A stretch of 36,479 nt of DNA from positions 1-36,479 of IMG/VR virus record IMGVR_UViG_3300002307_000126, one strand, 5' to 3'. Below the pieces are notes generated by a model, which was given only the letters and a program-made list of their open reading frames with translations, made no database searches and had not been told where the DNA came from. The position numbers and the translations under genes were made by a program. The stretch is from a virus (lineage: Duplodnaviria; Caudoviricetes). Shown here in pieces: positions 28,754 through 36,479 of this stretch (its first letter is position 1; every line of letters begins with the position of its first letter).

Positions 28754-29381
28754 TACCACATGAGCAGTATTCAGCATGTTTTATCTCTGGAACTATGTAA
28801 AAATGTTTTCCGTACCTAAGTATATGGTTTTCATCGTCTTCGGTGTTGTAGTAAAATTCTGCATTAAGATTATCGTATAACAAAACAGCTGCGTAGAATT
28901 CACTCATCTCAAGGTGGTATGACGCCCAGTTAAGATGAGAACGACACGCAGCCCACACCTCGTAAGAGCAGTTGATTATCTCACCAATCGTAAGTATAGC
29001 TGTGGCAATAGCAGTTGAGTGTAAGTTCTTTGTCGCAAGCGCACCTATAAGCACGTTAGTCGTATATTTAGTGTAGTTTCTCTCGACATAAGTGTACATT
29101 GCGTCAGCGCAGGTATTAGACAAGTAAAGGTATTTGTTACACTCGTCTGTGTGATATTTAACCAGGTTAAAGTATTGATCTTTCTGTTCCTGCGTCAGTT
29201 TTTCTTCTACGTTAAACCAAGTGTGCTCGTTGCCAAAGATCTGTACCTCACTGGCGTAAATCAGGAATATCGTTAACCAAAGTAGCACGTATTTCCAGGG
29301 TGTACGAACATTCTTTGATACTTTGTCGATTAGATACATTGCAAAAGAAAACACTGATGCTTTTAAAAGTGCTACTAACAT
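28743..29381 (-). CDS. Membrane protein of unknown function
   Basis: Two N-terminal hydrophobic segments, AAGGA RBS. Confidence 0.6.
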   Translation of the reverse strand: MLVALLKASVFSFAMYLIDKVSKNVRTPWKYVLLWLTIFLIYASEVQIFGNEHTWFNVEEKLTQEQKDQYFNLVKYHTDECNKYLYLSNTCADAMYTYVERNYTKYTTNVLIGALATKNLHSTAIATAILTIGEIINCSYEVWAACRSHLNWASYHLEMSEFYAAVLLYDNLNAEFYYNTEDDENHILRYGKHFYIVPEIKHAEYCSCGISS

Positions 29382-29394
29382 AAAATCCTTATCA

Positions 29395-29655
29395 TTATTG
29401 TTTTAAAATTTCCTCTGCATATGTCAAAATATTCTTCTCACTTGATCCCCCTGCTTTTAAACTAAGTATTGAATAACACAATGCAGCATGTATAACAGCT
29501 CTTATATCGTATTTTTCCTCTAGATCTAACATACATCGTTTAAATTCTGGTACTAAACGTATAACTTCTTTTTCTAGTTCAATCATAAACGGAAAAAATT
29601 CTTTTTCTAATAGATCCATTTCTTCTTTAATTTTATCTTCATCCATGACTCCCAC
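29395..29655 (-). CDS. Hypothetical protein
   Basis: Acidic helical ORF. Confidence 0.55.
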   Translation of the reverse strand: MGVMDEDKIKEEMDLLEKEFFPFMIELEKEVIRLVPEFKRCMLDLEEKYDIRAVIHAALCYSILSLKAGGSSEKNILTYAEEILKQ

Positions 29656-29717
29656 CTATCAAAAAAGGTTAAATCATGTATTATTGCCTTAGGCTACAAA
29701 TTAATCAAGGAGAATTT

Positions 29718-29849
29718 ATGCCGCTAAAAAAAGGTAAAAGCAAGGCCGTAGTGTCAAGTAACATAAAAGAAATGGTCGCGTCAGGGCACCCACAGAAGCA
29801 AGCCGTGGCAGCAGCACTGAATCAAGCACGTAAGTCAAAAAAGAAATAA
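29718..29849 (+). CDS. 43-aa basic phage protein [34 protein letters not shown]... (not in ORF track)
   Basis: AAGGAG RBS; a pattern I recognise as a common small phage family. Confidence 0.8.
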   Translation: MPLKKGKSKAVVSSNIKEMVASGHPQKQAVAAALNQARKSKKK

Positions 29850-29878
29850 TTGATTTGAATTAAACATTTTGTTATAAC
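29850..29878 (+). promoter_or_regulatory. Sigma70-type promoter of the moron gene
   Basis: TTGATT-17-TATAAC with an extended -10 TG. Confidence 0.5.
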
Positions 29879-29916
29879 TCTCCACAAAGTCTCTACCGGG
29901 ACTGAAGGAGGGTGAT

Positions 29917-30324
29917 ATGGCAAAGATAGTTCGCGTTGATTCAATGGCAGATGTAGTTCTGTCTAATAGATGGCGTGATTCTGCTACGTTTAAAGCTTAC
30001 GGGCGATTCATTGCAAAAGATGGATCTTACGTATCAGAAGATTATCCTGGTGCAAAGTTTAAAGTCACGTACAAGAAAGAACGTGCTTTTACTGGATGCG
30101 AACGGTTTCAAAGATTCGTCCAAGGTATATTCCTTTCGGTACTTACGCTAGGTCTATGCAACTTGTACAAAGAGAACCGTCAGTTGTTCTATTCAAAGAT
30201 CAAAGTCATGCGCATAGCTGTGCGTGTCGAAGATAACTTGTATAAAGCAGCTCAAAGGAAGAATACTGTCGAGCAAGAAACAAAACCTTCAATGCTGGAT
30301 AGTGACCGTGCTTGCGACGAATAG
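29917..30324 (+). CDS. Moron-like membrane-anchored protein
   Basis: Own promoter, GGAGG RBS and terminator. One hydrophobic segment GIFLSVLTLGLC. Confidence 0.7.
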   Translation: MAKIVRVDSMADVVLSNRWRDSATFKAYGRFIAKDGSYVSEDYPGAKFKVTYKKERAFTGCERFQRFVQGIFLSVLTLGLCNLYKENRQLFYSKIKVMRIAVRVEDNLYKAAQRKNTVEQETKPSMLDSDRACDE

Positions 30325-30326
30325 AT

Positions 30327-30455
30327 TTAAGGGGAGACGGTCTCCCCTTTTGCTTCTTCTTCTATAATCTTCTCAACATCTTCGATCACCTCAGGCAGCA
30401 ACTTCGCACAGCCTGTCACAAGAAAAACCACACTAACTAAGAATATAAGTTTCAT
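30327..30455 (-). CDS. 42-aa lipoprotein MKLIFLVSVVFLVTGCAKLLPEV... (not in ORF track)
   Basis: Signal peptide II with a VTGC lipobox, ATGA-coupled to erf. Confidence 0.65.
   Translation of the reverse strand: MKLIFLVSVVFLVTGCAKLLPEVIEDVEKIIEEEAKGETVSP
30329..30351. terminator. Hairpin terminator between convergent units
   Basis: AAGGGGAGA-CGG-TCTCCCCTT-TT. Confidence 0.7.
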
Positions 30456-31057
30456 ACAAGTTCCTTTTGTTTCCATCTGTTAAACCCTGCGATAAAGTCA
30501 TCAGGTCTTGCCACAGCTTCACGTTTGATGTCTTCAACATGTTTATGCATCAGATTAGAACTGTAAGTCAAGAACGTATCTAATAGTGGCAAAGATTCTT
30601 CCCTGAACTGAGGTATAATGTCACGATCGAATTGAAGGCACTTTGCAGGCTCGTAGGACGAATTAGCGTCATTATCTGGGTCATCGCCCGTCTCCAGGCA
30701 AAAAGTCTTCAGAAGGCAGTATTTGTAAGCGTACGAGATTGCCTTGCCTGGGCCTTTGTCACTATTATCAATTCCGTAGCCTGTGTATCTAACAGTGTAG
30801 TTATCATGCGGTGTGTCTATGTTAACAAATTGAAAGAGCATCTTCACTGTCGTACGATTATTCTCTTGGATCATCTCTTCAACGGTGGACAGAATAAGCA
30901 CGCCATGTTTGACAAGTAAGGGATGTACAGCAGCTGTAACTTGGTCATGGCTAACGAATCGATATTGTCCATTAACAGTCTTGGAACCTTTTTGTATGTA
31001 GTCCAATTCACTCATTATGTTACGAATTCTCTGGTATAGATTCAGTCCTTCGGTCAC
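30452..31057 (-). CDS. erf: Erf-family single-strand annealing protein
   Basis: YRFVSHD...PLLVKHG and DKGPGKAISYAYKY.L...F...TGDDPD. GTG start at 31057 after AAGGAGG. Confidence 0.88.
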   Translation of the reverse strand: MTEGLNLYQRIRNIMSELDYIQKGSKTVNGQYRFVSHDQVTAAVHPLLVKHGVLILSTVEEMIQENNRTTVKMLFQFVNIDTPHDNYTVRYTGYGIDNSDKGPGKAISYAYKYCLLKTFCLETGDDPDNDANSSYEPAKCLQFDRDIIPQFREESLPLLDTFLTYSSNLMHKHVEDIKREAVARPDDFIAGFNRWKQKELV

Positions 31058-31601
31058 TTGAAACCTCCTTGTTAAAATAATTGTGACAGTATAAAGCCTT
31101 GTTGAAAACATCCATGGGTTCTTTAAAGTCTTCAATGATCTCAATGTCTGGAAAATCACCATTTTTCTTAAGGTAAACCAGCATTGCACTTGTGATTTGA
31201 ATATTGTTTACGGCTAGAAGATTGTGATAGGCGGCCATTTGAACTGGAAATGTACAGATTGGCCGTGACGTTGTTTTTAGATCTGCTAGATAAATTCTTT
31301 GATCTGTGCCTTTGAACACCATATCGACTTGACCGGTGTACTTTAGGATATCGTCCCTGAAGCGACGCTCTATGTGTAGGAATTCACTGACTTGAGCGTC
31401 TTTCCATAGTCTAAAGCTGTTTACGTAACCTTTGTAGTCTTCATTGATCATTGATTCGGGTAGCCAGTCGCCTTTGGCAATTCCTGCGCATAAGCTGTGT
31501 ACTGTATTCCCTCTTATTGCGGCGCCTTCTAAGATCTTTTTAGGTATCTGATCATATTTCGTAAACCCGCGCAGCACTTCGGTTACTCTAGGGTAATCCA
31601 T
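31020..31601 (-). CDS. PD-(D/E)XK exonuclease
   Basis: PRVTEVL, RGNTVH, YTGQVD, ADLKT, QMAAY. Confidence 0.85.
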   Translation of the reverse strand: MDYPRVTEVLRGFTKYDQIPKKILEGAAIRGNTVHSLCAGIAKGDWLPESMINEDYKGYVNSFRLWKDAQVSEFLHIERRFRDDILKYTGQVDMVFKGTDQRIYLADLKTTSRPICTFPVQMAAYHNLLAVNNIQITSAMLVYLKKNGDFPDIEIIEDFKEPMDVFNKALYCHNYFNKEVSSDRRTESIPENS

Positions 31602-31638
31602 GGTTGAGTCCTTTCAAAACAAAATTCCTTAGATTTCA

Positions 31639-31667
31639 AAGATAAACCTTTACTTTGTCATTGTCAA
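31639..31667 (-). promoter_or_regulatory. Promoter of the leftward recombination operon
   Basis: TTGACA-17-TATCTT. Confidence 0.6.
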
Positions 31668-31711
31668 GTTATTTGCTTTAGCGTTATTTTACGTGAAACC
31701 GGAGAAAATCG

Positions 31712-31972
31712 ATGGCTAGAAGACCTAAACTAAAAGAAAACTTTGTTGTAAGTGTGAGACTGGAAAAAGACATGTATGAAAAGTTGCAAGACATTTCTGC
31801 TTTACACACGCTTAATACCCGAAGGCAAGTATCCGTGCAACAGCTGATACGTGATGCATTATTTTTTGTATACGAAGATAATGAGAATTTACGAGAGAGC
31901 TTCAGGAGGGCAAGAGACCAAGCAGCATGGAACTATATCAAAAAATATCCTTGCAAAAAAAATGAGTATTGA
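31712..31972 (+). CDS. Ribbon-helix-helix transcriptional regulator
   Basis: VVSVRLEKDMYEKL...SVQQLIRDAL, at a divergent promoter region. Confidence 0.7.
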   Translation: MARRPKLKENFVVSVRLEKDMYEKLQDISALHTLNTRRQVSVQQLIRDALFFVYEDNENLRESFRRARDQAAWNYIKKYPCKKNEY

Positions 31973-32041
31973 TTAGTTTTCAGAAAAGTGGGAGGGGGTA
32001 GTGCCTATTAACACATTCCCCCAGAGACAATTTAATACTAC

Positions 32042-32440
32042 ATGAAGTCTTTAATTTCCCACAACATATTTTTTAACACTATGAAAAAAACACCTGCGCC
32101 TTCAGTGTACTTTTGTCGTAAGTCTATGGAATTTATACATTTAGATGATGTTATGTTAAAATTCCTGAAAGATCAATTTCCCAAGGTTGATGTAGACTTA
32201 GAGTTGCGCCGTATGAAAATGTGGCTTTTATCTGAAAGAGGCCAACGCTCGAAAGGTACAATGTTGTTTATTTCAAAGTGGCTAAGAAACGCATTAGAGA
32301 ATGTTTACAGCCGAAGATTACCCGAAGATGAAGAAACATCCTCTAATCCACTTACTGATTTTATAAACAAGTATCTGGAGAATTTGTGGAGCGAAAGACA
32401 GTATCTAACAACGCTAAACACGATAAGCAAGCCGAGATAG
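32042..32440 (+). CDS. Replisome organiser/helicase-loader-like protein
   Basis: FPKVDVDLELRRMKMWL...FISKWL resembles phage O-protein C-terminal domains. Precedes the helicase. Confidence 0.55.
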   Translation: MKSLISHNIFFNTMKKTPAPSVYFCRKSMEFIHLDDVMLKFLKDQFPKVDVDLELRRMKMWLLSERGQRSKGTMLFISKWLRNALENVYSRRLPEDEETSSNPLTDFINKYLENLWSERQYLTTLNTISKPR

Positions 32441-33294
32441 AAGCCTACTTTTTGTCAGACAAGCCGTTAGACATGACGAATGATTCTGTCGTAGGCTTGA
32501 ATGATCTGCCGGAAGACTATCGCAAGGCTTTAGAATGTGGCTATCCGTCAGGATGGAAATGTTTAGACAAGATCCTTCTAGGCGTCCGCACAGGTGAGTT
32601 GACTGTCATAACCGCGGACACCGGCGCAGGTAAAACAACTTTTGCCGTAAACATGTGTATTAACCTGGCGCTTCAAGGCGTCAAAGTATACATAAATTCC
32701 TGGGAAATGAAGCCTCAGACAATCCTCCGTAAGATAGCTTCATTGATCCTACGTAAGCCGATGAAGCTGTCCGAGTTCTCCGAAGAAGACAATCGCCAGT
32801 TCAATGAATGGTGTGATCATCATCAAGTGTATATCAATCCAAACACCATTGGTACCGATCTGGCTAAGTTCACCAAAGAATTGATCTACATTACTCGCAT
32901 GGGTGTTAAGATTGTCCTTATAGATCACTTAGATTACCTTATTCGCCCTAGTTACAATCAATCTCAAGTCGACGCCATTAAGTCTACGGTTAAGAGACTC
33001 CACGAGTTAGCAGAAGCCTTCAACTTGCATATAATCTTAATTTGCCACCCTAAGCAATCTTCTGCCGCTACTGATGAGGTTGGGATGCACTCTATCAAAG
33101 GCAGCAGTGATATCAAACAATACGCTGACAATGTGATTACGTTGCACAGGTGTTCTAGATCTGACAAGACATCAGACCCTAATAAGATAAAGATCTCCGT
33201 GCAGAAAAACAGACTTATGGGCATTGAAGCCTCGACTTATTTATACTATCAACACCTGTGGGACGGTTATGCAGAATACCAAGATAACTTGTGA
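32386..33294 (+). CDS. SF4 replicative helicase (DnaB / T7 gp4 / Twinkle-like), no primase domain
   Basis: TADTGAGKTT, SWEM, IDHL, CHPK, IKGSSDIKQYADNV, KNR. Confidence 0.9.
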   Translation: MERKTVSNNAKHDKQAEIEAYFLSDKPLDMTNDSVVGLNDLPEDYRKALECGYPSGWKCLDKILLGVRTGELTVITADTGAGKTTFAVNMCINLALQGVKVYINSWEMKPQTILRKIASLILRKPMKLSEFSEEDNRQFNEWCDHHQVYINPNTIGTDLAKFTKELIYITRMGVKIVLIDHLDYLIRPSYNQSQVDAIKSTVKRLHELAEAFNLHIILICHPKQSSAATDEVGMHSIKGSSDIKQYADNVITLHRCSRSDKTSDPNKIKISVQKNRLMGIEASTYLYYQHLWDGYAEYQDNL

Positions 33295-33496
33295 GAGATG
33301 TAAACGCGAACGTGAGAAAATGTTTGAGCCCTTGCATGAAAACGTGTGTCGAACATGTTTAACTGACAAAGAAATGATCGAATACATACAGCCTTGGTTA
33401 ACTAAGCTAATGGCAGATTGTGACGTGCACGAAAAACGCAGACTAATCAAAACAGTCATGCGTGAACATCAAAGATTTATGCGGAGTAAAGCATGA
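33269..33496 (+). CDS. Small Zn-finger protein
   Basis: CERC...CRTC. Confidence 0.5.
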   Translation: MQNTKITCERCKREREKMFEPLHENVCRTCLTDKEMIEYIQPWLTKLMADCDVHEKRRLIKTVMREHQRFMRSKA

Positions 33497-33759
33497 AGAA
33501 TATTCCTTACGCGGACGGATCACCCAGCCGAGAATGGGAAGACACTGGCCATGATGAGATGAATCAATTATACGAAAACACGAAGAATAAAGGCTCTAAG
33601 GTAAGATGTCTTGACATTCTTTCTAACCTAAGCTCGTTAATATCAGTCTGTAGCCAATCTTTGATCAATTCGTGCGAGACTAAGCATGTTTCTGTGGTAC
33701 TAATGATTCATGTTGGAGAATGTTTGGAAGAACTAGAAATGGAGTTAAAAAAACTATGA
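33493..33759 (+). CDS. Hypothetical protein
   Basis: ATGA-coupled. Confidence 0.55.
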   Translation: MKNIPYADGSPSREWEDTGHDEMNQLYENTKNKGSKVRCLDILSNLSSLISVCSQSLINSCETKHVSVVLMIHVGECLEELEMELKKL

Positions 33760-34085
33760 TAAATGTAGAAATTGGTAACTTTAGACCTGTGGACAAGGGT
33801 TCTCTCAGAGGCTCTTTTCACGTGATGGTAAAGTTTAGCGAAGAGCATATTGTTGTGATTTATGACTGTAAATACTTTGTTAAGGGTGACAAGCGCTGGA
33901 TCAAGTTACCTTACAAAGAGATTAAATCTGAAGAGAAGACAGACTATTTCCAGCTAATCAGATTTAAACCAGTCGACTTAAGTAAACAAATTGAATCATT
34001 AATCTTAGCACAGCTTGAGGCATCTAATGGCGCAAAAAATGTTGAAAGTAAACCACATGTTAGTTCCGAAGAATTGCCGTTTTGA
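33756..34085 (+). CDS. SpoVG-like / ssDNA-binding protein
   Basis: KGSLRG.F...I.DC...KGDKRWIKLP and an SSB-like acidic EELPF tail. Confidence 0.6.
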   Translation: MINVEIGNFRPVDKGSLRGSFHVMVKFSEEHIVVIYDCKYFVKGDKRWIKLPYKEIKSEEKTDYFQLIRFKPVDLSKQIESLILAQLEASNGAKNVESKPHVSSEELPF

Positions 34086-34230
34086 TTCGTGGAAGAGCTT
34101 AGGTGACTATGTAATGATTTTGGCTAAAGAAGAGGCATTAAAAGAGTTTGAAAGCGATATATACGAACGTACCTATCAGATCGCTTCACACATCCTAGAT
34201 ACTGTAATTGAGTGTAGAGATGGGTCTTAA
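34027..34230 (+). CDS. Hypothetical protein
   Basis: GAGG RBS before the ATG at 34027. Confidence 0.45.
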   Translation: MAQKMLKVNHMLVPKNCRFDSWKSLGDYVMILAKEEALKEFESDIYERTYQIASHILDTVIECRDGS

Positions 34231-34753
34231 ACAGCTAATAAACAAGTATAAGATCTTAGAAAAGTGTCATAAGCCGAACTTCGACTTTGTGATCACTGAG
34301 GCGCCAATGATCTATTCTATCAAATTCAATATAGGTGAGCGTCGCCATGCAGCAGATTTCTTTAGAAACAAGCGCTGGCACTCTATACTTAAGTGTTTTT
34401 TCAAGGCTCATTTCAACCCTGCGACGCCTGTTGTTCTGATCGTAAAGTTCTATGTTAAGCCACCTGATAGAGCCTATGCTCCGCCATTTAACCTGACTGA
34501 CAAACAAGTTAAAGCTGAGAAGACCCCAGCGGTAGCTAACTTTGAACTGTGTGAATACTTGCTATCGTTTTTAGAAATGTTAAACAAGACTCTTTTTAAC
34601 ACGTATCGGCAAATGTTCAAGGTCGATATGGAAAAGTACTATAGTAACGACCCAAGAATCGTCTTTCAATTTATGAGCTACTATGACTATAAAAACATAT
34701 ACGACGGTGATCCCGTGGACGCCAAAGGCAAAACAAAGCGTGCGACTAAATAA
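34220..34753 (+). CDS. Divergent RusA-fold-like protein
   Basis: PVVLIVKFYVKPP...KVDMEKYYSNDPRIVF, but no PDxDN motif. Confidence 0.5.
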   Translation: MGLKQLINKYKILEKCHKPNFDFVITEAPMIYSIKFNIGERRHAADFFRNKRWHSILKCFFKAHFNPATPVVLIVKFYVKPPDRAYAPPFNLTDKQVKAEKTPAVANFELCEYLLSFLEMLNKTLFNTYRQMFKVDMEKYYSNDPRIVFQFMSYYDYKNIYDGDPVDAKGKTKRATK

Positions 34754-35171
34754 GAAGCACTTTTATAATCCTTCGGTAAAAAACATGTATAAGGTAAAAG
34801 ATTTTGTTAAGCAAGATCTAGAAGGATTTAACCTGCCTTTATTCTTAGGCCCTTTGCTTATCGTCACCCATTACATAATTCCTCTTCCAGTCAATTCAAG
34901 ATACAAGGAATCACGCAATTATTCACCTAACCCTAAGCGTCCTGATGGCGACAACTTAGAAAAGTGTTTGAATGACGCACTAACAGGCATAGTCTGGAAA
35001 GACGACGGACAAATATCATGCTTACTCAGAACAAAAACTTACACACTACGAGACAAAGGCGCAACGATACTGCACTGCGAAGAACTGCCAACAACATCAA
35101 TCAATTTTGATCTTGTGTTAGAATCAATCAGAGAAAAATGTAACCTTAGGCTAATCGATGAACAAACCTAA
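34683..35171 (+). CDS. rusA: RusA Holliday junction resolvase
   Basis: PKAKQSVR, KRPDGDNLEK..NDALTG..WKDDGQI. Confidence 0.9.
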   Translation: MTIKTYTTVIPWTPKAKQSVRLNKKHFYNPSVKNMYKVKDFVKQDLEGFNLPLFLGPLLIVTHYIIPLPVNSRYKESRNYSPNPKRPDGDNLEKCLNDALTGIVWKDDGQISCLLRTKTYTLRDKGATILHCEELPTTSINFDLVLESIREKCNLRLIDEQT

Positions 35172-35361
35172 TCCTGAGCAATTATCTTATTCTTACTTGC
35201 TACTCACTGAAACCATGCTGGATATCTTGATCACTCCGTGTCATATTGCCTGGGAGATGAATCCTGACATCCGGAATAATCTTATGTGTGCGTCTCGTCA
35301 TTTGTATAAAGCCCGGCTAATGATTGAACAAATAGACGAGCCTACTAGTGGATGTTTTTAA
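35158..35361 (+). CDS. Hypothetical protein
   Basis: Overlaps the end of rusA. Confidence 0.45.
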   Translation: MNKPNPEQLSYSYLLLTETMLDILITPCHIAWEMNPDIRNNLMCASRHLYKARLMIEQIDEPTSGCF

Positions 35362-35362
35362 T

Positions 35363-35611
35363 CTATTTATGCTCAGGTTTATAATTATCTAACAGTACAC
35401 TGTTTAAATGTATCATAAAACCCTCGTAATGTGAATCTGGAATGTGATTATTCATATAAACTATTAAAGCATAAAATAAAGAATCTGCTATAATACCTAA
35501 ATCTCTCATATTTGGATTAGGGTATTTCTCCTTTAATTTTACATATATTTCTTTCCCCTCGTTAATATAAATTTCATTATCAGTTACATTTTCATTAGAA
35601 TGTTTTGTCAT
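35363..35611 (-). CDS. Hypothetical AT-rich protein
   Basis: 82-aa ORF downstream of the pentamer arrays. Confidence 0.5.
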   Translation of the reverse strand: MTKHSNENVTDNEIYINEGKEIYVKLKEKYPNPNMRDLGIIADSLFYALIVYMNNHIPDSHYEGFMIHLNSVLLDNYKPEHK

Positions 35612-35639
35612 ATTTTACCCGTTATATTAATTGTAAAAA

Positions 35640-35715
35640 GCGTTGCCATGCCGTGTCTTGCCTCGCTATGCCTCGCCATGACCGAGCCTAGCCTAGATTA
35701 GCCATGCCAATCCGT
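35640..35715 (-). repeat. GGY-NN pentamer array C (~15 units, one 1-nt slip at 35680)
   Basis: + strand: gcgtt gccat gccgt gtctt gcctc gctat gcctc gccat g accga gccta gccta gatta gccat gccaa tccgt. Confidence 0.85.
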
Positions 35716-35718
35716 ATC

Positions 35719-35757
35719 AAAAATGAATAAACTAAGTTTTAGGCTTAATCCATTCAT
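35719..35757 (-). terminator. Hairpin plus T tract separating arrays B and C
   Basis: ATGAATGGATTAAG-CCTAAAA-CTTAGTTTATTCAT-TTTT on the - strand, with G-U pairs. Confidence 0.6.
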
Positions 35758-35759
35758 AA

Positions 35760-35824
35760 ACCGTACCGTACCATGCCATACCACGCTACGCCATACGAAA
35801 CCAAACAGCGCCTTGCCTAACCGT
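35760..35824 (-). repeat. GGY-NN pentamer array B (13 units)
   Basis: + strand: accgt accgt accat gccat accac gctac gccat acgaa accaa acagc gcctt gccta accgt. Confidence 0.9.
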
Positions 35825-35826
35825 GT

Positions 35827-36417
35827 TTAACTAATTACAACATCTTTACATACATATCTTCCACACCCAATTAGTCTTGCGTCTCCCAGTCCGACAAACT
35901 TGCCTGCTGCCTCTATTGCTTGCTTGATATTGTCCCTTGAAAGTATTGTATCGTCCCATTCGAAGGCAACTGTAAGTTCCCAGCCTGGCTTCATAGCAAC
36001 GCGATACCTTACGTTCTTGCCTTTTGTTGTTGGGTTCTTCACAGCTCTGATATCGAGATAGATCTCTTGTGAAGAATCGCGAGATAATTCCTCAGTTTCA
36101 ATTAAAGCGATGGGCTTTGGCAATGTGTAATTAAGATAGAATTTCTCACCTTTGACAAGCATACAGCCCATAAGTTTCTTCTTTATACTGCCTTTGCCTT
36201 CTTTAACGTAATGTGCGCCTTCTGATACTGTGCCAAATATGTAGTAAGCCGGCACAAATAATCTTGTATCTTCACACCATACTTTATCTCGCCATTCTTC
36301 CGGGTCATTTCCAGCACTGCCAGATTTCACCTTTGATTTATTTGATACACTTTCTATCTTAAACCTGTTAAATAGAAAAGGTGTCGTTCCAATTATTTTG
36401 TACTCAATTGTTTTCAT
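35827..36417 (-). CDS. Stand-alone RAMP/Cas7-like RNA-binding protein
   Basis: N-terminal strand IIGTTPFLF, FVPAYYIFG, VRYRVAM.PGW, and a C-terminal Gly-rich loop AGKFVGLGDARLIGCGRY. AAGGA RBS. Confidence 0.7.
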   Translation of the reverse strand: MKTIEYKIIGTTPFLFNRFKIESVSNKSKVKSGSAGNDPEEWRDKVWCEDTRLFVPAYYIFGTVSEGAHYVKEGKGSIKKKLMGCMLVKGEKFYLNYTLPKPIALIETEELSRDSSQEIYLDIRAVKNPTTKGKNVRYRVAMKPGWELTVAFEWDDTILSRDNIKQAIEAAGKFVGLGDARLIGCGRYVCKDVVIS

Positions 36418-36441
36418 ATATTTCCTTAATGTTAATAAAAA

Positions 36442-36479
36442 ACCATGCCTCGCCCCGCCCAGCCTTGCCGAGCCTCGCC
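36442..36479 (-). repeat. GGY-NN pentamer array A (at least 8 triplets, cut by the window end)
   Basis: - strand: GGC GA GGC TC GGC AA GGC TG GGC GG GGC GA GGC AT GGT, then a T run. Confidence 0.9.

Noticed and set aside
31020-31601. Cas4 linked to the RAMP-like locus
   Set aside because: It lacks the four-Cys Fe-S pattern of Cas4 and is coupled to erf, the usual phage exonuclease-annealase pair.
35640-36479. CRISPR array or simple microsatellite
   Set aside because: There is no 23-47 nt repeat with unique spacers and no cas1/2. The units are not identical copies, since variation concentrates in two of the five positions, unlike slippage-derived satellites.
1-36479. Terminal direct repeat, alternative genetic code, DGR or tRNA genes
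   Set aside because: The two window ends do not match. Genes read through in the standard code. No reverse transcriptase or cloverleaf was seen by eye.

Overview
Near-complete genome of a short-tailed (podovirus-like) dsDNA phage. In order on the + strand: small and large terminase, P22-like portal, scaffold, N4-gp56-type major capsid protein, head-tail and ejection proteins, and Gly/Ser/Thr-rich fibres. The right end carries an Erf plus PD-(D/E)XK recombination pair, an SF4 helicase and two RusA-like genes. A Rep-like gene lies inverted between terminase and portal. I see no integrase, DNA polymerase, endolysin or tRNA. The three strongest signals are: (1) a stand-alone RAMP/Cas7-like gene (35827-36417, -) flanked by three non-coding GGY-NN pentamer arrays, a candidate RNA-guided system with non-contiguous guides; (2) two group I introns in the capsid gene whose 5' loops each encode an in-frame ssrA-like degron (...LAA-stop) on the unspliced product; (3) a synonymously recoded copy of the intron-1 homing site between the homing endonuclease's -10 box and RBS. 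There are also several small structured RNA candidates and weak hints of an environmental Chlamydiae host. All family calls come from motif recognition by eye, not database searches.
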